From positions 1-27,205 of IMG/VR virus record IMGVR_UViG_3300017778_001897: a stretch of DNA of 27,205 nt, one strand, 5' to 3'. The notes under the pieces are model-generated. The model made no database searches, was not told the DNA's origin, and worked only from the letters and a program-made list of their open reading frames with translations. Shown piece after piece: positions 1 through 6,810 of this stretch. This DNA is from a virus. Taxonomy: Duplodnaviria; Caudoviricetes. Both the position numbers and the translations under genes were made by a program. Positions within the stretch are counted from its first letter, which is position 1; every line of letters begins with the position of its first letter.

Positions 1-2719
1 CACCCCAATCAACATCGTAACGAATAGTTCCGTTGCTTGTAACAGGAACAACTGTCAGAGTTACTACTGAACCCGAACCTGCTCCGAGAGGACTTGCTGT
101 GAATGAAACACTCTTGACAAAAGTATTTGCACGAACATTGTCAAGCATTTCATTGAGGTCATCAATCGCATCTGTTACTTTTGTAGTAGTTGACCATCCA
201 GTATATGCACCTATGTTAGTCAAACTACCATCGGTTGGTGTTCCCAAATTGATTGTGTTAGCAACAACTGCACCACCAGCATTGTTAGCAGCAAGGAAAG
301 CAGCATTTGCTTGGTTACGTGCGAAGGTATCAGCACCACCCGAAGCATTATTCGCAGCAAGGAAAGCAGCATTCGCATAGTTACCTGCTGCTGTAATACC
401 TTCTTCTGAACCAACATAGTACATCGTGTTGCCATTATTGGCAGCCCACTTACCATCTGCTTCAATCCAAAGGAATGTTGCGTTTGGTTGAGCACCACGA
501 TCAACTTCAATACCAGCATTCGCAACTGGAAAACCAGATTGGTTAATTGCTGCATTCAGTGTAATGATATTGTCAGCAATCAATACAGTCATAGTATTTG
601 CATAGACTGTATTGCCAACAACTACGAGATTACCAGTAACAGTAATATCACCAGTAATCTGTCCACCAGTATTGGCATTCAGTGAATTATTGGCACGTGT
701 GAATGCTGCTGTAATACTATTGTTCTGTGTTACATTTACACCATCAATATTATTTGCTGAAGCAAAAGCAGCATTTGCATGAACAAATGAAGCAGCAATG
801 CTATTGTTCTGTGTCAGATTAACTGCTACAGAACCATTAGCTGTATCAAAAGCAGCATTAGCATGAGCACGAACATACGAGTCAGTAGCATTATTGGCAG
901 CACCGAAGGCGGCATTCGCATGAACAAACGCTGCTGTGATACTATTATTCTGTGTTGTATCAGTTGCTGTAGCAGCATTCGCAGCATCAAAGGCAGCATT
1001 TGCGTGAGCACGAGCATACGTATCTGCACCACCCGCAGCATTGTTAGCAGCAGTGAATGCCGCATTGGCGTGAAAGAATGCTGAGTTACCAGTGTTACGA
1101 GCATACGTATCTACACCACCAGCAGCATTGTTAGCGGCGAGGAAGGCGGCATTAGCATGAACAAATGCGGAAGCAATACTATTGTTCTGCGTTATATCAG
1201 TTGCTATAGCAGCATTAGCAGCAAGGAACGCAGCAGTGATACTATTGTTTTGTGTAGTGTTTACACCATCAATATTATTTGCCGAAGCAAAGGCAGCATT
1301 GGCTTGAATGAATGCTGAGTTACCAGTGTTACGAGCATACGTGTCTGCTCCACCCGAAGCATTGTTAGCAGCGAGGAAGGCGGCATTAGCATGAACGAAT
1401 GCGGAAGCAATAGAGTTATTCTGTGTTACATCTACGCCAGCAGCAGCATTACTTTGTGTAAAAACAGCATTGGCTTGAATGAATGCCGAGTTAGCATGAG
1501 CACGAACATACGAGTCAGTAGCATTATTAGCAGCAAGGAAAGCAGCATTAGCATAATTGCCAGCACTGATTGCCTTTGAATCAGCAACATTAGCAGCAGC
1601 AAAGGCAGCAGTAATCGAATTATTCTGTGTTAGATTAATTGTTGATTGTGAGGATGTGGATGTATTACCCGCATCAAAAGCAGCATTAGCATGAGCACGA
1701 CCATAAACATCAGTTGTATTATTAGCAGCAAGGAAAGCAGCATTGGCATGAACGAATGCGGCATTTGCTTGAATGAACGATGAAGCAATACTATTATTCT
1801 GTGTTGCATTAATCGCATCACTATTATTCGATGATGCAAAGGCAGCATTGGCTGTATTCAGTGCAACAGTGATCGAGTTGTTCTGTGTTTCATCAGTTGC
1901 GGTGGAAGCATTAGCAGCAGCAAACGCAGCATTGGCATGAACGAATGCGGCATTCGCTTGAATGAACGATGAGTTTGCTACAAACGATGGTGTGTTTGCA
2001 AATATTGCCGTAGTATTATGTGCAGCAAATGCCGAGTTGATTGAAATGAAAGCAGCATTTGCTTGAATGAATGCACCGTTAGCATAGATTGCTGCCGAGT
2101 TTGCTACGTAATCTGGAGTTGTCGATAATAAATTCGCATACGCAAAAACAGCATTAGCATGAATGAACGAACTGTTTGCGTGATAGAATGATGAGTTTGC
2201 TTGATTGCGTGACCAATCGTCGCTTTGTGCTGCATTGGCAGCAGCAAAGGCAGCATTAGCCTGAACATACGCAAGGTTGGCATAAAGACTTGCCGAGTTT
2301 GCTGTAACAAAAGCAAATCCCGCATGTGTATACGCAAGGTTGGCAAACTGTGCTGCTGAGTTTACGTAATATTGCGGAGTGTATAGTGCAATATTTGCAG
2401 AATCGAAAGCAGCATTGGCAGTATTGAATGCCGCAATTAGATTGTTCGATGCTGTTCGTGCAGTAGCATTCGCAGTATTGGCACGATCAAAGGAAGCATT
2501 GGCTTGGTTATACGCAGAAGTAACAAAAGTAAAGTTGTTTGCTGCTTTGACTTCCCACTTGGCAGTTTCAGAATTATATACTAGTGTGAAATCATTCTGT
2601 AAACCAGTTGCATTGACATCATTGAGGTCAACGAGGGCGATATTAGGGACAACGACACCACTTGCCGTTAGTATTGTTCTTGACGGTTGATTGACTGCTA
2701 CCTTACCGATTAGTGCCAT
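1..2719 (-). CDS. Large tail fibre-like protein with Ala/Asn heptad repeats (3' partial, >906 aa; missing from ORF track)
   Basis: Manual translation from ATG at 2717-2719 (MALIGKVAVNQPSR...) is open to position 1 (...TIRYDVDWG). Contains LVDLNDV...LVYNSETAKWE, dozens of ANAAFxx heptads, nine TQNNSI units, a GNLVVVGN...DNIITLN...AGIEVDRG...FLWIEADGKW domain and VTDAIDDLNE. Starts 3 nt after the upstream TAA. Confidence 0.85.
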   Translation of the reverse strand, partial: MALIGKVAVNQPSRTILTASGVVVPNIALVDLNDVNATGLQNDFTLVYNSETAKWEVKAANNFTFVTSAYNQANASFDRANTANATARTASNNLIAAFNTANAAFDSANIALYTPQYYVNSAAQFANLAYTHAGFAFVTANSASLYANLAYVQANAAFAAANAAQSDDWSRNQANSSFYHANSSFIHANAVFAYANLLSTTPDYVANSAAIYANGAFIQANAAFISINSAFAAHNTTAIFANTPSFVANSSFIQANAAFVHANAAFAAANASTATDETQNNSITVALNTANAAFASSNNSDAINATQNNSIASSFIQANAAFVHANAAFLAANNTTDVYGRAHANAAFDAGNTSTSSQSTINLTQNNSITAAFAAANVADSKAISAGNYANAAFLAANNATDSYVRAHANSAFIQANAVFTQSNAAAGVDVTQNNSIASAFVHANAAFLAANNASGGADTYARNTGNSAFIQANAAFASANNIDGVNTTQNNSITAAFLAANAAIATDITQNNSIASAFVHANAAFLAANNAAGGVDTYARNTGNSAFFHANAAFTAANNAAGGADTYARAHANAAFDAANAATATDTTQNNSITAAFVHANAAFGAANNATDSYVRAHANAAFDTANGSVAVNLTQNNSIAASFVHANAAFASANNIDGVNVTQNNSITAAFTRANNSLNANTGGQITGDITVTGNLVVVGNTVYANTMTVLIADNIITLNAAINQSGFPVANAGIEVDRGAQPNATFLWIEADGKWAANNGNTMYYVGSEEGITAAGNYANAAFLAANNASGGADTFARNQANAAFLAANNAGGAVVANTINLGTPTDGSLTNIGAYTGWSTTTKVTDAIDDLNEMLDNVRANTFVKSVSFTASPLGAGSGSVVTLTVVPVTSNGTIRYDVDWG
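858..1528. repeat. Perfect 38-bp in-frame direct repeat (858-895 and 1491-1528)
   Basis: ttagcatgagcacgaacatacgagtcagtagcattatt occurs twice, offset 633 nt (211 codons); encodes NNATDSYVRAHAN on the minus strand. Confidence 0.9.
1076..1432. repeat. ~120-bp imperfect in-frame direct repeat (about 1076-1198 and 1310-1432)
   Basis: Starts with identical 33-mer gaatgctgagttaccagtgttacgagcatacgt; offset 234 nt (78 codons); encodes TQNNSIASAFVHANAAFLAANNAxGGxDTYARNTGNSAF. Confidence 0.9.
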
Positions 2720-2722
2720 AGA

Positions 2723-3058
2723 TTACCTTGTGACAGATGGCAACACAACAGCAATGCCTTCCACAACTCGTGTCACGGTGTTTGATGTTCTATCTGTAAC
2801 AATCAAGTCATATAAGTAACGACCTGGTGATAAGTTAGCAGTGTTTGCTGCTGTCATTGATAGAGTAATCTCGCCAGCAGCATTGTTAGTAATAATTGCT
2901 GTTAGGTTATTTGCTGACGATGAATAATAAGATTTACGAATCTGCGATGCTGCTGAATATGTTGATAGGTTTACTGTATACCCAAATGGGTCAGTTACTG
3001 TTACAGTTGAGGATAAGTTTGCACCCTGTTCGATAAAGATTTCTACAAATGCGGCCAA
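2723..3058 (-). CDS. Small beta-sandwich virion protein, T5 p132/LtfC- or BppU-N-like fibre attachment adaptor
   Basis: 111 aa with IEQGA...NLSTYSAASQIRKSY...GEITLSMT...T.NL..GRYLYDL...TRVVEG.A.V.P.VTR, a pattern common in T4-like cyanophage/pelagiphage virion proteins. TTG start with AGGAG (3066-3070) upstream. Confidence 0.65.
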   Translation of the reverse strand: MAAFVEIFIEQGANLSSTVTVTDPFGYTVNLSTYSAASQIRKSYYSSSANNLTAIITNNAAGEITLSMTAANTANLSPGRYLYDLIVTDRTSNTVTRVVEGIAVVLPSVTR

Positions 3059-3080
3059 AAGTATTCTCCTTTTAATACAT

Positions 3081-3088
3081 TATTTATA
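3081..3088 (-). promoter_or_regulatory. T4-type (gp55 sigma) late promoter TATAAATA
   Basis: Exact TATAAATA on the minus strand (tatttata on plus), intergenic, upstream of the SD and start of 2723-3058. Confidence 0.85.
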
Positions 3089-3113
3089 CAAACAAAAACC
3101 CGCAAAGCGGGTT
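3089..3113 (-). terminator. Rho-independent terminator
   Basis: Minus strand AACCCGC-TTT-GCGGGTT (stem 3097-3103/3107-3113) followed by TTTGTTTG; about 30 nt downstream of the stop at 3142. Confidence 0.85.
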
Positions 3114-3141
3114 CATGTTTTATTTTCATTAAAATAATATA

Positions 3142-3546
3142 TTAAACTCTAACCCACTCTTCACCGACTTTATTATATCTAACCCATACTTGATTGGCTT
3201 CATCCCACTCAAACCTTACATCAGCGTCATTAATTTCTGGTCTGGCAACTGGTGCTTGCCATGAACCACTAGTCATATTTAAAGTCCATGAAGGGAATGG
3301 TTTAGGAGCATGGAAAACATCTAATACTGGATCATAAATCCAACCAGGTCCAGGATAATTTAAACGAAATGTTTTATTATATGAACATTGTTTCCATGTA
3401 GTAGTCTCGGAAATTTTAAGACCCTCACAGAAAGCAACTCCAATTGCTTCACTTTCATTTCCATTTTCATCTTTTATATCATTGTTGCTGACAACAATAA
3501 CTCTTAATACATTGTTATTAACATCAAGTTCTGCAAAATGTGCCAT
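3142..3546 (-). CDS. Conserved phage protein (MAHFAEL family), putative tail fibre/adhesin assembly chaperone
   Basis: MAHFAELD.NN.VLRVIVV...WKQCSYN..FR.NYPG.GW.YD...D.F..PKPFPSW.L.....W.APV..P...WDE....W; family usually found after glycine-rich fibre genes. SD AGGAG at 3553-3557. Chaperone role is inferred. Confidence 0.6.
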   Translation of the reverse strand: MAHFAELDVNNNVLRVIVVSNNDIKDENGNESEAIGVAFCEGLKISETTTWKQCSYNKTFRLNYPGPGWIYDPVLDVFHAPKPFPSWTLNMTSGSWQAPVARPEINDADVRFEWDEANQVWVRYNKVGEEWVRV

Positions 3547-3571
3547 TTAAAACTCCTTAATTGTTTTTAAG

Positions 3572-3579
3572 TATTTATA
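3572..3579 (-). promoter_or_regulatory. T4-type late promoter TATAAATA
   Basis: Exact motif, intergenic, between the glycine-rich gene stop (3588) and the SD of 3142-3546. Confidence 0.8.
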
Positions 3580-3587
3580 ATAAATTT

Positions 3588-4496
3588 TTAGAATGTTATT
3601 GTGCCTGATGCATCAAATGTAAAAATTCTATATCCACCATTTGCTTCGTATAGTCTAGTTGTCGCAGCATTTGCAAATGTTTCTGGATAACGAATAACAA
3701 CAATGCCCGAACCTCCTGCACCACCCGCACCTTCACCACCGCCAGCACTACCACCACCACCACTTCCAGTGTTGATAGTACCCGAAAAACCTGGTTGATT
3801 AGATGGACCGCCTCCATTGCCACCTATACCCGACCCACCTGCGCCACCAGTAGCATTATATGACCCACCACCTCCACCGCCAGCATATGTCAGATATGAA
3901 CCAGTTATTGCGTTTTCTGTTCCTGCTCCGCCAGCACCCCCATTGGCTAATGGTGAAAAATTTGGTCCTGTTGAACCAGAATTACCTGGAGCACCCGCAC
4001 CACCACCTCCACCACCACCACCACTTGTACCGTTCGCTCCACTATTTCCTTGCGATGGAGTTCCAGATGCTCCATTATTAGTATTACCTGCTCCACCTAA
4101 TGTTCCAATGCCACCTCCACCAGAACCACCAGTACCAGCATCATTAGGTCCAGCACCACGACCACCACCAATTGAAGTTATGGAATTAAATGATGAAGCA
4201 GTTCCGTTAGCACTAGGTGCGCCCCAATCTGGATCATACTGATCAGTCGTCAATGAATTAGCACCACGACCACCTGCACCAACAACAACAGGATATGATT
4301 CTCTTGGGTTTATGGGTAATCCTGTACTAAAACTAAATCCACCTGCACCTCCACCGCCTCCCCATCCAAATCCCCCACCGCCACCACCAGCAACAATAAG
4401 ATAATCTACTTCTGTTACAACAGGAAGACCCCCAACTTTTCTACCTATTCCAAATAGTGAAGCACCACCATTTCCGAATGCGCCAAGAATAGGCAT
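3588..4496 (-). CDS. Glycine-rich domain protein (putative polyglycine-II adhesin/receptor-binding tip), cassette 2
   Basis: 302 aa; VDYLIVAGGGGGG, VVVGAGG, QGNSG, YAGGGGGG, NTGSGGGG, GGSGIVVIRYP, GYRIFTF..SGT motifs separated by non-Gly loops. Confidence 0.75.
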   Translation of the reverse strand: MPILGAFGNGGASLFGIGRKVGGLPVVTEVDYLIVAGGGGGGFGWGGGGGAGGFSFSTGLPINPRESYPVVVGAGGRGANSLTTDQYDPDWGAPSANGTASSFNSITSIGGGRGAGPNDAGTGGSGGGGIGTLGGAGNTNNGASGTPSQGNSGANGTSGGGGGGGGAGAPGNSGSTGPNFSPLANGGAGGAGTENAITGSYLTYAGGGGGGSYNATGGAGGSGIGGNGGGPSNQPGFSGTINTGSGGGGSAGGGEGAGGAGGSGIVVIRYPETFANAATTRLYEANGGYRIFTFDASGTITF

Positions 4497-4497
4497 T

Positions 4498-5322
4498 TTA
4501 ACCTAACGCAAAAAGTGAGTTGGATGCAAAGACAGCATAGGTGTTTGCAGCAGTTTTTAATACAGTGTAACCGTAAATATTTGTTTCTTGAGCCGTGATA
4601 GCTTGATAATTTGGTTTTGTATTACCAAGATAAACAATTGTGTTTGAACCTGTGCTAATTAAACCACCATCAATATACACATTAGCAATATGTCTTGTTG
4701 TTCCATGTCGCACAATCATCGCCAAAGTTACAGATTGTCCAATAGTTGTTACTGAATCAAAGGTGTTCTGTGTATTACCACGAAGATTGAACGTAATGTT
4801 TGCTGTGCTATTTGCATTAAAATAGTAAACAACATTATTTTCAATATCGATATTTACATTACCGTTTGGTGCAATAACATTTATATTTGCAGACTCTGTT
4901 GCACGTGTTAAAGAAATAGAAAGATTCGATGCAAGAACATTTGATGCGATAGCACCACCAGAAAAAAGATTACCAGTAATTGTACCAGCAACAATGTTAT
5001 TACCACGAATAGAATTTGGAGTAAGTTTATTACCAGTAACAGAACCATCAACAGGTGTTTGTGTTGCCATCACACCATTACCTAAATGATGAATAGTAAT
5101 ATTATTTGTGCCTAGTGCTGGAGCAGTCGTAAAATTAACGTAATCTCCACTTACTGTATAATCAATTGATGGAGTTTTATAGACACCTGAGATGTATACA
5201 GCAATAGATGCTGGTCCTGCTGGCGCACGATCCATCGGTCCAACACTTGTACCAGCGCCATCCCCACTAAAAATGTTGACTGTAAATAATACCGATGAAA
5301 CTTGATTGCCAATGTATGCCAT
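4498..5322 (-). CDS. MAYIGN-family fibre adaptor/short fibre protein, cassette 2
   Basis: 274 aa; MAYIGN start, FSGDG...VYISGV...DYTVSG..VNFTTAP..G module, four 10-aa repeats, C-terminal domain FNLRG...IGQSVT...NVYIDG...GNTKP...YGYTVLKTAANTYAVFASN. Confidence 0.7.
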   Translation of the reverse strand: MAYIGNQVSSVLFTVNIFSGDGAGTSVGPMDRAPAGPASIAVYISGVYKTPSIDYTVSGDYVNFTTAPALGTNNITIHHLGNGVMATQTPVDGSVTGNKLTPNSIRGNNIVAGTITGNLFSGGAIASNVLASNLSISLTRATESANINVIAPNGNVNIDIENNVVYYFNANSTANITFNLRGNTQNTFDSVTTIGQSVTLAMIVRHGTTRHIANVYIDGGLISTGSNTIVYLGNTKPNYQAITAQETNIYGYTVLKTAANTYAVFASNSLFALG

Positions 5323-5748
5323 TTATTTTCCTGTTGATTCTGGTCTTACTGGAGGTTCACCCTCTGGTTTAGGGAACTTATCATTAACTTCTTTTATTGA
5401 ATTATAAAAATCAGTTCCTTTACCTGGTATTTTACTTTGATCCATTGCATCCCAAAGTTGATTCATTAAGATAGAAATATCAGGATAGTTTGTTGCACGA
5501 TCTAAAAAATACTGATGGTATTCACAAAATTCTTTTTGATAATCATGTTCCAACATAATTCTTTCTTTCGTTGGAGCTTCAGGAACATCATTACATTCCC
5601 ATCGTGTAAATAACCACTTGCCGTTACCTGCTTGCATATCATATGCAGCAGAAGGTGCAATTGCTTTAATCGCAGTATCTACACCATAAATTAATTTATT
5701 ATTATTACCCATCAAATATTGTGCATATTGAATTTCATCATTAGTCAT
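5323..5748 (-). CDS. XkdW-like small protein, putative fibre/adhesin chaperone, cassette 1
   Basis: AIKAIAPSAAY...W......PT.E.I..E......Y...RATNYPDI...MNQLW..M...FYNSIKEVNDKFPKP pattern. Start moved from the track's GTG (5757) to ATG 5746-5748 because AGGAG (5757-5761) lies 8 nt upstream of it; 141 aa. Confidence 0.6.
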   Translation of the reverse strand: MTNDEIQYAQYLMGNNNKLIYGVDTAIKAIAPSAAYDMQAGNGKWLFTRWECNDVPEAPTKERIMLEHDYQKEFCEYHQYFLDRATNYPDISILMNQLWDAMDQSKIPGKGTDFYNSIKEVNDKFPKPEGEPPVRPESTGK

Positions 5749-5781
5749 CTCAACCACTCCTATAAAAAAATTGTTACTCGA

Positions 5782-5789
5782 TATTTATA
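5782..5789 (-). promoter_or_regulatory. T4-type late promoter TATAAATA overlapping the stop codon of the glycine-rich gene
   Basis: Exact motif on the minus strand; includes the TAA at 5785-5787; upstream of the SD at 5757-5761. Confidence 0.75.
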
Positions 5790-6810
5790 TTGTAAAAGAA
5801 CCACTTCCTTTAAAATCATAAACTCTATATCCATTAAATCTAATAATATCAGGACTTCCTGAATTTATCGTAAGTGGGTCATAATATTCACTATAACGAA
5901 TTTGAACTCTTCCACTACCACCACTACCACCAATCTTAAATGGATTCTCGTCAGGACTGCATTCTGCACCACCTCCACCACCACTACCTCGATTTGCAAT
6001 AGCACTGGTTGCAAGTTGTTCTACTGGAGAAACATATCCACCATTCCCACCACCACCAAGTTCGTTATTACGGTCATCACCATTGCCATTAGAACCACCC
6101 ATACCAGCATAAGAACCTCCACCTACATTTGGACCACGTGGTGGCCAATTACCCTGCGAACCGCCTCCGCCACCACCAGCGCAATATGAACCATCCGTTC
6201 CCCAATCTTCTCTGCGAAATCCATTGCCACCATGTCCTGCGTCTGGATGAGAAGCTCCATATCCTTGTTCACTAGAACCACCACCTCCTCCACCACCATT
6301 TCTACCTCCTCGTCCTTCTCCACCATTATTACCTTGTCCTGCTACATTACTAACATATGTACCTGGTGTTCCTGAACCAGCAAAACCACTTTCAGTTCCG
6401 CCACCCCCGCCGCAAACACCACTTTGTCCAGAACGATTACCACTTTGTCCAGAAGGTGTAGTGTTGGTTGCACCACCACCACCACCGCCACCACCCACAC
6501 TAAAACTTTGATTAGGTGCTGAGCCACTTAATGATGAAGTCTGGCCATTCCCACCTCGTTCTGCGTCTGGAGCACCACCACCACCTCCCCCTCCAACCAC
6601 AACTGTAAAAACATCTCCAGCAGAAACTAAAAGACTTGAACCTGCAAAGTATGAACCACCACCTCCACCACCACCTCCAGCAGCGCCACCACCCCCACCA
6701 CCAGATACTCCAAAGTAATCGATAAGTGTGGTTTTAATTGGTCCTCTGATGTCAGTACGATCTGCACCAAGTGACCTTAATGAATTAGCAATCGACGCTC
6801 TAAGTGGCAT
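5785..6810 (-). CDS. Glycine-rich domain protein (putative polyglycine-II adhesin/receptor-binding tip), cassette 1
   Basis: 341 aa; IDYFGVSGGGGGG, VVVGGGGG, GQGNNGG, YCAGGGGGG, NRGSGGGGG, GGSGRVQIRY, GYRVYDF.GSGSFTI; colinear with 3588-4496. TAATG overlap with the upstream gene. Confidence 0.75.
   Translation of the reverse strand: MPLRASIANSLRSLGADRTDIRGPIKTTLIDYFGVSGGGGGGAAGGGGGGGGSYFAGSSLLVSAGDVFTVVVGGGGGGGAPDAERGGNGQTSSLSGSAPNQSFSVGGGGGGGGATNTTPSGQSGNRSGQSGVCGGGGGTESGFAGSGTPGTYVSNVAGQGNNGGEGRGGRNGGGGGGGSSEQGYGASHPDAGHGGNGFRREDWGTDGSYCAGGGGGGSQGNWPPRGPNVGGGSYAGMGGSNGNGDDRNNELGGGGNGGYVSPVEQLATSAIANRGSGGGGGAECSPDENPFKIGGSGGSGRVQIRYSEYYDPLTINSGSPDIIRFNGYRVYDFKGSGSFTI

Noticed and set aside
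735-1900. Repeated 20-40 bp words resembling a CRISPR or ncRNA array
   Set aside because: Irregular spacing, offsets all multiples of 3, variation mostly at third codon positions, and fully within a coding frame; no cas genes.
33-2690. Many short ORFs on both strands in the ORF track
   Set aside because: They are antisense or out-of-frame shadows of the single long minus-strand fibre ORF (1-2719); its repetitive codons suppress stops in other frames.
3817-4242. Proline-rich plus-strand ORF (141 aa)
   Set aside because: Exact antisense of the GGN codons of the Gly-rich gene; no independent evidence of expression.
5749-5757. GTG start at 5757 given by the ORF track
   Set aside because: It overlaps the AGGAG SD; the ATG at 5746-5748 has proper spacing.
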